A DNA stretch of 64,000 nt from contig JAYPQH010000005.1 in NCBI GenBank assembly GCA_038131935.1, positions 27,827 to 91,826 on the forward strand, read 5' to 3'. Of this stretch, positions 1 to 11,254 are shown in pieces. The stretch's first letter is position 1, and the number at the start of each line of letters is the position of its first letter. Made by a program: the position numbers and the translations under genes. Below the pieces are notes generated by a model. The model was given only the letters and a program-made list of their open reading frames with translations. It did no database searches and was not told where the DNA came from. This stretch comes from Alphaproteobacteria bacterium (lineage in GTDB: Bacteria; Pseudomonadota; Alphaproteobacteria; UBA8317).

Positions 1-1
1 C

Positions 2-559
2 CTGCAATATGACCAATGTGGGGTGGTGCAAAAGCGAACGGGCAACAGGTCATTGAACAATGCCCCGCGTAATACCTATCAGACCAAAGATGGCGCATGG
101 GTAGCTGTCTCCACCAACAGCCCCTCTATTGTACAACGTGTTTTGACATTATGTGGCGGACCAGATGTGGCCGCGGACCCGAGATTTCAAACACCTCAGG
201 GCAGGGTTGCTCACATAGATGAAGTTGATGGCGTTGTGGCAAATTGGGTAAGGAAACATACATTGGATGAGGTTCTTGACGCCTTTCGTGAGGCTCAAGC
301 TGCAATTGGTCCGGTCTACGATATCGCTCAAATCATGGAGGATCCCCAATATGAAGCCCGTGATGACATCGTAACCATTGAGGATGAGGATTTAGGTCCC
401 ATAAAAATGACAAATGCTTTTCCTTATCTGTCTTTGACACCTGGGCAGGTGCGCCATGCTGGTCCACGAAAAGGTCAACATAATGAAGATATCTTGGGTG
501 GTGAGCTGGGATTAAGCGCAAACGAACAGAGACAATTGCGTGAAAAGGGTGTTATTTAG
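2..559 (+). CDS. CaiB/BaiF family (class III) CoA-transferase, C-terminal part (5' end outside window)
   Basis: Frame open from base 2; RTGNRS..APRNTYQTKDGAWVAVS, DPRF, AAIGPV, DPQYEAR and GPRKGQHNEDIL are typical CaiB/BaiF C-terminal motifs. Confidence 0.9.
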   Translation: MQYDQCGVVQKRTGNRSLNNAPRNTYQTKDGAWVAVSTNSPSIVQRVLTLCGGPDVAADPRFQTPQGRVAHIDEVDGVVANWVRKHTLDEVLDAFREAQAAIGPVYDIAQIMEDPQYEARDDIVTIEDEDLGPIKMTNAFPYLSLTPGQVRHAGPRKGQHNEDILGGELGLSANEQRQLREKGVI

Positions 560-604
560 CAAAAGCCCAATTCATAAAATAATGGTGTGACAAGCTGATG
601 TATG

Positions 605-637
605 AAAAAACCCTCCATAAAAATGGAGGGTTTTTTT
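605..637. terminator. Bidirectional intrinsic terminator
   Basis: AAAAAACCCTCCAT-aaaa-ATGGAGGGTTTTTT perfect inverted repeat between convergent genes. Confidence 0.85.
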
Positions 638-669
638 GGTCTGATGAAAGATGGTTTAAGAACTTCCCA

Positions 670-1560
670 TCATTGTGAGCGCAATCTCGGGTCAAGTGTA
701 TCACGGATAGCATCACCAAATAGATTGAAGCCAAACACAGCCAAGCTGATGGCAAGCCCTGGGAAGATAGCGATCCAAGGAGCACTCTCGGCATATTCTT
801 CTGCACCACCTTGTAACATCAAACCCCATGCCGGCGTTGGTTCTTGAACACCAAGGCCAAGATAAGAGAGGGACGCTTCAAGAAGGATAGCTTGGCCCAA
901 AAATGATGTTAACATGATTAAGAATGGTGCCATCACGTTGGGTAGCATATGACGCAAGATAATCCGAGCATTGCTAAAGCCACAGGCACGTGCTGCATCC
1001 ACATAAGGGATTTCACGGATCGCCAAGGCGCTTGAACGCACCACCCTAGCACATTTGGGGATGAAGGGTATCGTGATTGCGATGATCACTTTATCAACAC
1101 CTGTTCCGAAGATGGCAACCAAAGCCAAAGCCATGATGATCAGGGGAAATGCCATAAGCACATCAAGGATCCGTTGAAAAACCAGATCGATGACCCCACC
1201 AAAGAAGGCGCTGGACACGCCAAGTACAAGGCCAATTGAGGCGCCGATAATGGAGGCGACAAAACCTACAAAAAGTGCAGTCCTGGCGCCATAAACAATC
1301 CTCGAAAAGATATCACGTCCAAACTGATCAGTCCCAAAGAAATGCTCTGCAGATGGTCCAACCATCATGGAGGCAAAGTCATTAAGTTCTGGATCATGGG
1401 TTGCAATAACCTCTGCGAACAAGGCCATCAGCACCATCAAGAATACGATGAGACCTCCAAACGCACCCAGGGGATTCTTCTTGATAAAGCGCATAACGCC
1501 TTTCATGAAAGAAGGTTTTTTGGGTGTGTTCGCAGCTTCGTCTAACGAAATCGTTGCCAT
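670..1560 (-). CDS. Peptide/opine/nickel ABC transporter permease (DppC/OppC-like)
   Basis: HFFGTDQFGRDIFSRIVYGAR, EAA-like loop YVDAARACG, LRHMLPN, FNLFGDAIRDTLDPR. Confidence 0.95.
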   Translation of the reverse strand: MATISLDEAANTPKKPSFMKGVMRFIKKNPLGAFGGLIVFLMVLMALFAEVIATHDPELNDFASMMVGPSAEHFFGTDQFGRDIFSRIVYGARTALFVGFVASIIGASIGLVLGVSSAFFGGVIDLVFQRILDVLMAFPLIIMALALVAIFGTGVDKVIIAITIPFIPKCARVVRSSALAIREIPYVDAARACGFSNARIILRHMLPNVMAPFLIMLTSFLGQAILLEASLSYLGLGVQEPTPAWGLMLQGGAEEYAESAPWIAIFPGLAISLAVFGFNLFGDAIRDTLDPRLRSQ

Positions 1561-1572
1561 ATTCCGTACTCC

Positions 1573-2544
1573 TTAACTATATCTGATGCGAGGATCTAAC
1601 CAAGCATACAGGATGTCGACGACAAAATTGGTAACCACAAAAATCAAGGCGACCAGCATCACCAGAGATTGTGTCAGCGTGTAGTCATGGTTGATCACTG
1701 ATTCCACAAACAATTTACCCAAACCATTGAGGTTAAAGACCTGTTCTGTCACCACAAGACCACCCATAAGGAAGGCAAACTCAATGCCGATGACCGTAAC
1801 CACGGGCAGCATAGAATTTTTTAGGGCGTGACGGTTGATCACCAACTTTTCACGGAGGCCTTTGGACCGTGCTGTGCGCACATAATCTTCGCGAAGAACC
1901 TCAAGCAATGCTGACCTACACATCCTCGTTGCCACGGCAGAATACCGATAACCCGTCGCCAAAGCAGGCCAGATCAACATGCTTAAATTGTGAATTGGAT
2001 CAACCCAAATCGCTTTGTAATCAATGGGAGGCATCCAAGGTTGTCCGAACCAGGCTTGGGTGTAGATGAGAAGGCCCAAAATGATCAAAATTCCAAGCCA
2101 GAAAGATGGCATGGCAATACCTGCAATGGAAAATGCCCGAACAGTATAATCAACCCAGGTATTTTGTTTCAATGCGGAGAGCGTACCCAAAGGAATAGCA
2201 ATCACGATGGAGACCAATGTCGCCATGATCGCAACCTGCATAGATAATTCAAAACGGATCCCAATTTCGTGGGCAATGCTTTGACCCGTCCACATAGACA
2301 CGCCAAGATCTCCCACAAACCAACCACTTACCCAGTCCCAGAATTGCACCAAGATGGGGCGGTCTAGACCGAGTTCTGCGGAGCAGACCTTGACAGCTTC
2401 GGGATCCACGAAGCCACCCGTACCGCCTAGTCTCAATTCGCAGATATCACCTGGAATGGCTCTTAGTAGAAAGAACACGAAGATAGCCGACCCAAAAAGT
2501 GTCGGGAAAATGAGAAGAAGACGTTTTAGTATGTAGTTATACAT
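1573..2544 (-). CDS. Peptide/opine/nickel ABC transporter permease (DppB/OppB-like)
   Basis: MYNYILKRLL, LGLDRPI, GDLGVS, DYVRTARSKGL, HALKN, DILYAWLDPRI. Confidence 0.95.
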   Translation of the reverse strand: MYNYILKRLLLIFPTLFGSAIFVFFLLRAIPGDICELRLGGTGGFVDPEAVKVCSAELGLDRPILVQFWDWVSGWFVGDLGVSMWTGQSIAHEIGIRFELSMQVAIMATLVSIVIAIPLGTLSALKQNTWVDYTVRAFSIAGIAMPSFWLGILIILGLLIYTQAWFGQPWMPPIDYKAIWVDPIHNLSMLIWPALATGYRYSAVATRMCRSALLEVLREDYVRTARSKGLREKLVINRHALKNSMLPVVTVIGIEFAFLMGGLVVTEQVFNLNGLGKLFVESVINHDYTLTQSLVMLVALIFVVTNFVVDILYAWLDPRIRYS

Positions 2545-2573
2545 GACCTGTCCCTAGTAAATCGAGAAAATAA

Positions 2574-2604
2574 GATGCACCCAGGCGGTTTGCCTGGATG
2601 CATC
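2574..2604 (-). promoter_or_regulatory. Intercistronic stem-loop after the substrate-binding protein gene (possible mRNA-stabilising hairpin)
   Basis: GATGCA-c-CCAGGC ggttt GCCTGG-a-TGCATC. Confidence 0.5.
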
Positions 2605-2616
2605 CATGATAGCTAA

Positions 2617-4240
2617 TTATTGGTCGAGCCAGATGTTGCTCAAATCTTGGTTGAGATAATGGCTCGGGCTAATCTTCCAACCCTTCATTTTGCTGCTATG
2701 CGGAATAATCCGGTACCACCACAAGGTAATGAAGCTATTGGCTTGCTCACCAAGATGATACATTTCCCATTCACGCATCAACGCACGCTGCTTTGCAGGG
2801 TCTGTTTCACGGTTGATCTTGTTGAAGTAGTCATCAGACTTACGGTCAATGAATTGTCCGTGCTGGCTGCTTCCTACGTCTTCAGAAATAAACTTTGATG
2901 TGTCTGCCAAAGGATTCACAACAGTCTGGCAGTTAAAGTCGATAGAAATATCAAAGTCTTTTTTCTTCCGTAATGTGGCATAGAAAGGACCTGTTGGCTG
3001 AACACGCTGCTCTACCTCAACACCAATCTCTTTCCACTGACCAATCAACCAGGTGCCCACAATTTTGTATGGCTGGTCAACCGCGCGGTTGTTCATGGTG
3101 ATCTTGAGGTTCTCGTGGCCAGCTTCTTTCAAGAGACGCTTGGCTTCCTCACGTGACTTTTTCAGATCTGGCCAATATCCTGGGATTTTTTCCAGCTCTT
3201 CTTTTGTTGCAGCCAAGGGGTGACTTGGGAACACGATACCACCAACGGTTTTCACGATGGCAATCTTTGAAAGATATTCAGATCCACCCCAGCGGTCGAC
3301 AGCCAAGGTCAAGGCACGACGCACGCGCGCATCATCCATAGGCTTTGACTTATGGTTAGGTGTTACAAGAAGCACACAGTTCCAATCGCTCTCTTGAACG
3401 GTGATGCCATCGCCAAGTGCATTGACCAAATCATCACGGCTTTTTGGTGGGAACCCACGGAATTCAGCCATAGCACGACCACCGCGAATAGCTTGAACAC
3501 GCAAAGATTGCTTCTTGGCAAATGTAGCTTTGAAACCATCAAGGTAAGGCTTGCCATCATGATAGTAATTTGGGTTTTTCACACCAGCGATGTAAGCGCC
3601 TGGCTGACGATCCATATTCATGAATGGACCTGAACCCAAAACGTTCTTCTCATACCAACGAATATCCTGATCAAGCTTCACCTTTTGATAAATGAAGTTG
3701 AAAGGTGCTGCGAGCGCAGGGATAAATGCTGAGGTTGGGTACTCAAGTTCAAAAACGATGGTCTGATCATCTGGTGCTGATACGCTTTTAACATATGAGT
3801 AAAAACCTTTACGAGCACTCGCCACACCTTCTGGTGGGAAGATGATCTTGTCAAAGGTTGCTTTCACATCCTGAGCTGTAAGAGGTGACCCATCATGGAA
3901 TGTGACGCCTTTCTTCAGGGTGAAGGTGTATTTTTTGCCACCATCTGTAGGTGTTGGCATTTCTGTGCAGAGGTCACAGACAATATCCGTTGGTGATGAA
4001 GGATTGTCTGGGTTCACCCTGATCAATGTTGAATAGAAAGGTGCAATAGGATGTACCAACGCAAATGTCGTTTCCCGGTGCCCGTCAAAGCTCGGTGGTT
4101 CGGCAGGAACGACGAAGTCAAGAACGCCGCCTTTTTGATATTGGGTGACCGCCAGCAACTGACATCGTTGCTGCACCGCCCCATCCAATGGCTGCAGACA
4201 TGACAACGCCTGCTGCTATTTTCATGGAATTGTTAAACAT
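2617..4240 (-). CDS. ABC transporter substrate-binding protein, family 5 (frameshift near 4140)
   Basis: YTFTLKKGVTFHDGSPLTAQDV, GSGPF, NPNYY..GKPYLD; probable true start ATG 4240 (RBS GAGGGAG) gives signal peptide MFNNSMKIAAGVVMSAAIGWGGAATMSVA in another frame. Confidence 0.9.
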
Positions 4241-4347
4241 GTTTTACTCCCTCGTTTTCGTTTCCATTCGGCCTCTTAACGGACCTTTTTTGGCGATTGT
4301 CACGCCTCATTTACGGCCGCGAAGTACGTCTCTGCTTGTGCAGGTTG

Positions 4348-5358
4348 TCATACTTCACTACACGCAACCCAATGCCCAGGTCTCAATTCCCGCAGTTCCG
4401 GGAAAGAGCGCTGACATCCTTGAACCGCTTGTGGACAGCGGGGGTGGAACACACATCCCGCAGGTGGGTTCATAGGACTTGGAATTTCTCCCTTGATCAC
4501 CTGATGTGCACGGTCTTTCTCAACCGTAGGGTCGGGAACCGGAACCGCACTCAACAGGGCTTTGGTGTAAGGATGGATGGGATTGTCAAACAGTTCATCA
4601 CAATCCGCCAACTCAACAATATGACCAAGATACATCACCGCAACACGGTTACAAATATGCCGAACAACGGACAAATCGTGAGCAATAAATAGATAGGTCA
4701 AACCAAACTTTTCGCGTAAATCTTCCAAAAGGTTGATCACTTGGGCCTGAATGGACACATCTAGTGCAGACACCGCCTCATCGCACACAATAAACTCTGG
4801 GTTCATGGCGAGCGCCCGAGCAATACCAACACGTTGTCTTTGGCCACCACTCATCTCGTGGGGGTAACGATCTGCCATAAGCGGTAGCAGACCACAAACT
4901 TGCAAAAGTTCGATAACCCGCGCCTTACGCTTGGCAGCATCAGGCTCAATGCCATGAACCCTCATGGGCTCTTCAATGATGTCCCCAATTTTCATGCGTG
5001 GGTTCAAAGAGCTGAATGGGTCTTGGAAAATAACTTGGATGCGTTGCCGCAATTTTTTCATCTCATGCTTGCGCAGTGAACCCAAGTCCTGGCCATCAAA
5101 AATGATTTGACCAGACGTGGGATTCTCCAATTGTAAAATGCAACGTCCCGTTGTGGTTTTCCCGCAGCCAGATTCTCCAACCAAACCCAAGGTTTCACCG
5201 CGCATGATCTCAAAAGATACATCATCAATGGCTTTGACATCAGCGATTTTCTTTTGAACCAATGCACCATCAGTTACAGGAAAGTATTTTTTTAAATTTT
5301 TGATCTGCACCAAAGCGTTGGCTGTCATAGACTCAGAATTTTCAAGCGTCACGTTCAC
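4348..5358 (-). CDS. Oligopeptide/dipeptide ABC ATP-binding protein (OppF/DppF-like)
   Basis: Walker [27 protein letters not shown]-terminal GCVFHPRC. Confidence 0.95.
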   Translation of the reverse strand: MNVTLENSESMTANALVQIKNLKKYFPVTDGALVQKKIADVKAIDDVSFEIMRGETLGLVGESGCGKTTTGRCILQLENPTSGQIIFDGQDLGSLRKHEMKKLRQRIQVIFQDPFSSLNPRMKIGDIIEEPMRVHGIEPDAAKRKARVIELLQVCGLLPLMADRYPHEMSGGQRQRVGIARALAMNPEFIVCDEAVSALDVSIQAQVINLLEDLREKFGLTYLFIAHDLSVVRHICNRVAVMYLGHIVELADCDELFDNPIHPYTKALLSAVPVPDPTVEKDRAHQVIKGEIPSPMNPPAGCVFHPRCPQAVQGCQRSFPELRELRPGHWVACSEV

Positions 5359-6353
5359 GTTTCCCTTTTATAATTTTTTACAGTCTCCGCATTCCAGCAT
5401 GCCGCCATGTGACCAGGGTTATCCTGTTTCAGTGTAGGCGCTTCCTCAGCACATTGGGCTGTGGCAAAACGACAGCGTGGGCGGAATGAGCATCCTTGGG
5501 GAAGTTTTGTCAGATCAGGTGGCTGTCCTTCGACGGGATCCAAACGTGCCTGCCTTGGCAAATCAAGCCTTGGAACTGAATTCAACAAAGCAACGGTGTA
5601 AGGGTGATTTGGCCTATGGTAAATGTCTTCTGCCGTTCCTGTCTCAATAATCCTGCCCGCATACATCACATTCACGCGGTCAGCATAGCGTGCCACGACC
5701 CCGAGGTTGTGGGTGATCACAATCACCGCGACGCCCATTTTTTTGGTGAGTTCCTTCATCAATTCAAGGATCTGGGCTTGGATGGTGACATCGAGTGCTG
5801 TCGTTGGCTCATCCGCGATGATCAATTTGGGATCACAAGACAAAGCCAAAGCAATCATCACACGCTGACGCATGCCCCCGGATAGATGGTGCGGGTATTG
5901 ATCTAGGCGACGGCTTGGCTCGGAAATGCCGACCATCCCTAACAATTCGACCGCCCGTGCACGTGCCTCTTCGTAACTGACGCCCAAATGCTCAATCATG
6001 GTTTCCGTAAGTTGCATGCCAATGGTGAGCACGGGGTTTAATGACGTCATTGGTTCTTGGAAAATCATTCCAATATCCCGTCCGCGAACCTTGCGCATTT
6101 CATCAGGTTCGAGCGCCAAGAGGTCTTTGCCCATAAAACGGACATGTCCCCCCACAACGCGACCTGGTGGGTTCGCCACGAGTCGAATAATGGACAAAGC
6201 CCCCACGGACTTTCCACAGCCAGACTCACCAACCACAGCGACGGTTTCTCCCTCTGACACATCATATGAGATACCATCAACTGCCTTCACCACACCTGCG
6301 GTGGTGAAAAAATGTGTTTGTAGGTTTTCCACTTCTAAGAGCTTCGTCACCAT
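5355..6353 (-). CDS. Oligopeptide/dipeptide ABC ATP-binding protein (OppD/DppD-like)
   Basis: [43 protein letters not shown]. Confidence 0.95.
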   Translation of the reverse strand: MVTKLLEVENLQTHFFTTAGVVKAVDGISYDVSEGETVAVVGESGCGKSVGALSIIRLVANPPGRVVGGHVRFMGKDLLALEPDEMRKVRGRDIGMIFQEPMTSLNPVLTIGMQLTETMIEHLGVSYEEARARAVELLGMVGISEPSRRLDQYPHHLSGGMRQRVMIALALSCDPKLIIADEPTTALDVTIQAQILELMKELTKKMGVAVIVITHNLGVVARYADRVNVMYAGRIIETGTAEDIYHRPNHPYTVALLNSVPRLDLPRQARLDPVEGQPPDLTKLPQGCSFRPRCRFATAQCAEEAPTLKQDNPGHMAACWNAETVKNYKRET

Positions 6354-6852
6354 GCACTCCCTGTTTTACCATATCCAACCCGTGGGTCATGAGTTCAAGC
6401 ATTTGTTAAGCTATGCCGAGCTCACATGCGGGCTTGATTAGGTTTTTGCCTCCCCGCCTTCCCATCCACAGACCCTAAGTAAGATCTGTTTGAGGAGGGC
6501 GATATTGTAAGTTGCTTCATACTCTTGTCGGTATGTAGGGCAACTTGTCCCTCAAGCTAGGGATGCTTCTGTTACCTGTCAATTCGTTATCACTTGGAAA
6601 GTCATATTTTTTCGCACAAAAAATTTTTTAAGTTTTTAAAACTATGTTTTTTTAACCTGCAGAAAAACAGCTCTATTTTCATTTGGCTTTGTGCTGCATG
6701 CTTTGCCTACTGGTTTTGTAAAACTGCCTCTGATGGTTCCATCAATAAGGTATCTTGAGAAAATTTCTTGCTTTGATGCTGTAGGATAGATGAAGATCCA
6801 TCCAAATCATACAAGCATGCATATTCACAGATGGTTAAAGGGAGAACAAAAT

Positions 6853-7632
6853 ATGGATATACGACTTGATGGGCGTTGCGCACTTATCACAGGGGGTAGT
6901 GCTGGTCTTGGCTTGGCCATGGGCCGTTTGTTCGCATCATCAGGGGCCCGCGTGGGGCTTGTTGGTCGACAGGTCGCTGCATTGGAAAAGGCCAAAAATG
7001 AGATCGAACATTCAGGGGGGCAGGTTGCTGTTTGTTCCAGCGATATTACAACTTTAGAAGGCTGTACGCACGCTTATGATACCATCACAGAAGCCTTAGG
7101 CGCTCCTGATATTTTGATCAATAATGCCGGTTCATCTATGCGGGGGCCTTTTTTGAGTGTCTCAGATCAAGATTGGCAAGATGATTTGGATCTTAAGCTA
7201 TTTGGAGCTGTTCGTTTGAGTAGATTGGTGCTCCCGCACATGCGTGCACAAAAATGGGGTCGTATCATAAATGTCTTGAATGTGGCTGCAAAAATGCCGG
7301 AAGCGGATGGTGCACCCACAGCCGTGAGCCGTGCGGCTGGCATGGCTTTGATGAAAATCCTGGCCCACGAAAATGCACCATATAATGTGCTGGTCAATGC
7401 AATGTTGGTGGGAAAAATTCGTTCAAGCCAATGGGAACGGCGCCATGCGAAAGCCGATGATGGTTCCACTTTGGAGCAATGGTATGCCCAACAAGGAGCC
7501 AAATTGCCCATGGGACGTCTTGGCAATGCAGAAGAATTTGCGTCTCTTGCGTGCTTTTTGGCCTCCGATGCGGGGTCCTACATCAGTGGTACAGCGATCA
7601 ATGTAGATGGGGCATTAAGTCGCGCAGTATAA
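6853..7632 (+). CDS. Short-chain dehydrogenase/reductase
   Basis: TGGSAGLG, NNAG, WGRIINV; start placed at MDIRLDG behind RBS AAGGGAG; catalytic YxxxK replaced by TAVSR (atypical subgroup). Confidence 0.9.
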   Translation: MDIRLDGRCALITGGSAGLGLAMGRLFASSGARVGLVGRQVAALEKAKNEIEHSGGQVAVCSSDITTLEGCTHAYDTITEALGAPDILINNAGSSMRGPFLSVSDQDWQDDLDLKLFGAVRLSRLVLPHMRAQKWGRIINVLNVAAKMPEADGAPTAVSRAAGMALMKILAHENAPYNVLVNAMLVGKIRSSQWERRHAKADDGSTLEQWYAQQGAKLPMGRLGNAEEFASLACFLASDAGSYISGTAINVDGALSRAV

Positions 7633-7645
7633 TCTGATTTCATGC

Positions 7646-7681
7646 AAAAGAGCCTTGGGTTTTCTGACCAAGGCTCTTTTT
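7646..7681. terminator. Bidirectional intrinsic terminator
   Basis: AAAAGAGCCTTGG...CCAAGGCTCTTTT between convergent genes. Confidence 0.85.
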
Positions 7682-7709
7682 AACTGCCTTCATACGATGG
7701 ATTGTTGTT

Positions 7710-7883
7710 TTAGGTTGCAAGACTTAACAAGAACGCGACCACCACAAAACCTGTTAAAGGAACGGCCAGCATCACCAGTGCGAGCATTGCCAAAAATTGG
7801 AAAAGGGTCATGCCACCTTTTTCCTGAACATGTTCCCTCTCATCCTCATGACTATTTGCATTATCCTGGGGTGATGGTGTCAT
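7710..7883 (-). CDS. Small hypothetical membrane protein (57 aa)
   Basis: ATG 4 nt after the upstream stop; acidic N-terminus then long hydrophobic C-terminus; followed by terminator. Confidence 0.45.
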   Translation of the reverse strand: MTPSPQDNANSHEDEREHVQEKGGMTLFQFLAMLALVMLAVPLTGFVVVAFLLSLAT

Positions 7884-7887
7884 GATC

Positions 7888-8742
7888 TTATTCTGCCCAT
7901 TTTGCATCAAAGTCCCAGACATCTTCAAACCCAACAAGTTTACAAAACTCTTGGAAGTCATAGAGGTCTTGGTTTTTAACATCACCTGTTTGAGCCAATT
8001 CTTGATATCCTTTGCGCAAAGCAAATCCCGCGCTTAAAAAGCCTAAGGCGGGGTGAATAGCCATGGAATAACCAATTTCTTGCAGTTCAGTTTGAGAAAC
8101 CACAGGCGTTCTGCCGCCGCTAACCAGGTTGGCCAACAAAGGTTTTTCAATCCGTTGGGCAATGACATGAAGCTCTTCGATAGATTCGGGGCTTTCCAAA
8201 AAGATGATGTCAGCCCCAGCCGCTGCATAGGCTTCAGAGCGTCGGAGGGCTTCATCCAGGCCCAAACTTGTACGGCTGTCTGTTCTGGCAATGATCATCA
8301 TGTTCTCATCGGTTCTTGCTTCACAGGCAACCTGAATTTTACGGACCATATCTTCTGTGGGTACCACACGACGACCTTGGGTATGGCCACATTTTTTAGG
8401 AAACTCTTGGTCTTCGATTTGAATACCACTCACCCCGGCTCTTTCATAACCACGCACGGTATGTCTGACATTTAACAAACCCCCATAACCGGTGTCCGCA
8501 TCTGCCACCACAGGCGTTTGGCAACGTTCTGTGATTTGTGACACCCGCGATAAAATGTCTGAATAACCCATAAGACCAGCATCAGGGAGTCCCAAATGGG
8601 AAGCGGAAATTCCATATCCTGTCACGTAAAGTGCTTTAAATCCCATTTGATCTGCCATCATGGCAGATATCATATCGTAGATACCAGGTGCCATAATGAA
8701 TGTGCCCTCGTTGAGCTGCTTGCGTAATGTGGCATTGGCCAT
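7888..8742 (-). CDS. Isocitrate lyase/PEP mutase superfamily lyase (2,3-dimethylmalate lyase / methylisocitrate lyase-like)
   Basis: GLPDAGL, ADADTGYG, QIEDQEFPKKCGH, IIARTD. Confidence 0.9.
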   Translation of the reverse strand: MANATLRKQLNEGTFIMAPGIYDMISAMMADQMGFKALYVTGYGISASHLGLPDAGLMGYSDILSRVSQITERCQTPVVADADTGYGGLLNVRHTVRGYERAGVSGIQIEDQEFPKKCGHTQGRRVVPTEDMVRKIQVACEARTDENMMIIARTDSRTSLGLDEALRRSEAYAAAGADIIFLESPESIEELHVIAQRIEKPLLANLVSGGRTPVVSQTELQEIGYSMAIHPALGFLSAGFALRKGYQELAQTGDVKNQDLYDFQEFCKLVGFEDVWDFDAKWAE

Positions 8743-8862
8743 AAACTGTCTCCCTGTTAGCATATGAAGGTGAGGTGAAGGATCACCGGTGGGGTGAGGT
8801 TAGCTTTTGCGTCGTTCTCGAACAACCTTTTTTGAAGAAGGGCAAACAGAAGGAGGCCATCC

Positions 8863-10272
8863 ATGGGAGGGCAGACACTCTATGACAAAATTTGGGCTCA
8901 ACATGTTGTACGTGAGGAGCAAGATGGGACAAGCATTCTTTATGTCGACCGTCATTTGGTTCAAGAAGTATCTTCACCCCAAGCCTTTAGTGGTTTGCAA
9001 GACGCGCAGTTGAAGGTGCGTCGTCCTGATCTTACCTTGGCGGTGGCCGATCACAATGTCCCCACAACGAATCGGTCTGGCCCCATTGAAGATGCTGAGT
9101 CCGCCTTGCAATTGGAGCGACTTGAGGAAAATGTTAAAAAATTTTCAGTCCCCTATATTCCCTTTCAAGATGAGCGACAGGGTATTGTGCATATCATAGG
9201 GCCAGAGCAAGGTTTTACCTTGCCAGGTACCGTTTTGGTCTGTGGGGATTCGCATACCTCCACCCATGGTGCCCTTGGTGCATTGGCATTTGGTATCGGT
9301 ACCAGTGAAGTGGAACATGTGCTGGCCACACAGACCCTACGCCAGAAAAAATCAAAGAACATGCGTATAAAATGTGACGGGCAGCTGCCTTATGGGGTAG
9401 GGGCTAAGGACCTTATTTTGGCCATCATTGCCCATATAGGTACCGCAGGTGCGACGGGTCATGTGGTAGAATATCAAGGATCTGCTGTTTCACGTTTGAG
9501 CATGGAGCAGCGTATGACTTTGTGCAATATGACCATTGAAGCTGGCGCCCGAGCTGGTCTTGTGGCTCCAGACGCGCAAACATTTGCCTATATTAAAGGA
9601 CGTCCAATGGCACCAGATGGGGATTTATGGGATCAAGCCATGAAGGCTTGGGTGAATTTGTATTCAGATGATGATGCAGCATTTGATGGTGAGGTTGAGA
9701 TGGAGGTATCTCAACTTGCGCCCATGGTAACATGGGGGACATCTCCAGAGCAGGCATTGCCCATTTCTGGAAAGGTGCCGCATCCATCTCAAAGCCCAGA
9801 CGAGGCTGGTCGTGCTTTTATCCAACGCGCAATTGATTATATGGATCTGGAGCCAGGCCAACGGCTTGTAGATATTCCCATCGATACAGTGTTTCTGGGC
9901 TCATGCACCAATGGTCGTCTGGAAGATTTGCGTGAAGCAGCCGCCATCATGAAGGGCCAACGTTTGGCCAAAGGCGTTCAAATGCTTGTGGTTCCTGGCT
10001 CAGGGCTTGTAAAAAAAGCAGCGGAGGCAGAAGGTTTACATGAAATTTTCTTACAAGCAGGTTGCTCTTGGCGTGAACCGGGTTGTTCCATGTGCGTGGC
10101 CATGAATGCCGATAGATTGATGCCAGGGTCGCGTGCTGCCTCGACATCAAACCGCAATTTCGAAGGGCGGCAAGGACGCGGGGGTCGAACGCATTTGATG
10201 TCACCTGCGATGGCTGCTGCCGCAGGTGTAACGGGGCATTTGTGTGACCATCGCGAGGTCAAATCATCATGA
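8863..10272 (+). CDS. leuC: 3-isopropylmalate dehydratase large subunit-like [4Fe-4S] hydro-lyase (no small subunit gene adjacent)
   Basis: [56 protein letters not shown]. Confidence 0.9.
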   Translation: MGGQTLYDKIWAQHVVREEQDGTSILYVDRHLVQEVSSPQAFSGLQDAQLKVRRPDLTLAVADHNVPTTNRSGPIEDAESALQLERLEENVKKFSVPYIPFQDERQGIVHIIGPEQGFTLPGTVLVCGDSHTSTHGALGALAFGIGTSEVEHVLATQTLRQKKSKNMRIKCDGQLPYGVGAKDLILAIIAHIGTAGATGHVVEYQGSAVSRLSMEQRMTLCNMTIEAGARAGLVAPDAQTFAYIKGRPMAPDGDLWDQAMKAWVNLYSDDDAAFDGEVEMEVSQLAPMVTWGTSPEQALPISGKVPHPSQSPDEAGRAFIQRAIDYMDLEPGQRLVDIPIDTVFLGSCTNGRLEDLREAAAIMKGQRLAKGVQMLVVPGSGLVKKAAEAEGLHEIFLQAGCSWREPGCSMCVAMNADRLMPGSRAASTSNRNFEGRQGRGGRTHLMSPAMAAAAGVTGHLCDHREVKSS

Positions 10273-10289
10273 ATGAACGTGGATTAGGG

Positions 10290-11144
10290 TTAACCCTTCT
10301 CCAATGCATCCCAACTATCTTTGCGCACAACGGCTTGTCTCTGCTCAAAGCCTGCAAGCTGTTCAGATGCGGCGGCAAGCGAGCCTGTATCTCGAAGGCT
10401 GGTTAGGCTTTCTGTGACCGCTTTTATGGCTGTTTGAAGAGCGGCGTTCGCATACAAAACCATGGCATAATTCATATCTGCCATGGCTTTTTGGCCAGGT
10501 TCTGGGGTGAGCCCTCCAAAGACCATATTTGCAATTTGTGGTGCCTGCAGCCGTTGGGGGATGAGGGCAAGTTCTTCTAGCGAAGTTGGGGCTTCAACAA
10601 AGGTTGCATCAGCCCCGGCCTCGATATAGGCCTCCGCACGATCAAGAGCTTCGTTCATGCTGGTGATGGCACGTGCATCGGTGCGTGCGATGATTTTCAT
10701 GTTTGCATCAACCCGTGCATCCAATGCGGCTTTGAGTTTGTCGACCATGTCCGATGCTGGTATGACAGCCTTACCAGCAAAATGGCCACATTTTTTGGGA
10801 AAAACTTGGTCTTCTAGTTGAAGTGCTGACGCGCCAGCTCGTTCTAAAAGTCGAACAGTGCGGTAACAATTCAGACGATTTCCAAAGCCTGTGTCGGCAT
10901 CCACAATTAAGGGAATGGATACGGCATCCGCAATGCAAGCCACAATGTTGGCAACCTCCGTCACCGTGGTGAGCCCAATGTCTGGAGCGCCCAAATGCAT
11001 GTTGGCAATACCTGCACCTGTTACATAAACCGCTTCATAACCCAAATCTTCAATAATACGCGCAAATAAAGCGTTGGGTGCACCTGGGACAATGGTACCT
11101 GCACGTGCGGCCCAAATATCAGCTATGGAACGTTTGGTGGTCAT
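10290..11144 (-). CDS. Isocitrate lyase/PEP mutase superfamily lyase (second paralog)
   Basis: GAPDIGL, VDADTGFG, QLEDQVFPKKCGHF, IIARTDA. Confidence 0.9.
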   Translation of the reverse strand: MTTKRSIADIWAARAGTIVPGAPNALFARIIEDLGYEAVYVTGAGIANMHLGAPDIGLTTVTEVANIVACIADAVSIPLIVDADTGFGNRLNCYRTVRLLERAGASALQLEDQVFPKKCGHFAGKAVIPASDMVDKLKAALDARVDANMKIIARTDARAITSMNEALDRAEAYIEAGADATFVEAPTSLEELALIPQRLQAPQIANMVFGGLTPEPGQKAMADMNYAMVLYANAALQTAIKAVTESLTSLRDTGSLAAASEQLAGFEQRQAVVRKDSWDALEKG

Positions 11145-11254
11145 GAACTGCTTTCCCTTTTTCGTGAACGTCTCATTTTCAATAACATGTAAGTTACGGT
11201 TGGGTTCTTAAAAATTGCTGATGCTCATTTTTTTAACTGTCTATATACATGATC

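Noticed and set aside
6456-6500. Imperfect hairpin (GCCTTCC..ACAGA / TCTGT..GGAGGGC) upstream of the ABC operon as a riboswitch
   Set aside because: Weak pairing and no conserved motif of any riboswitch class I recognise
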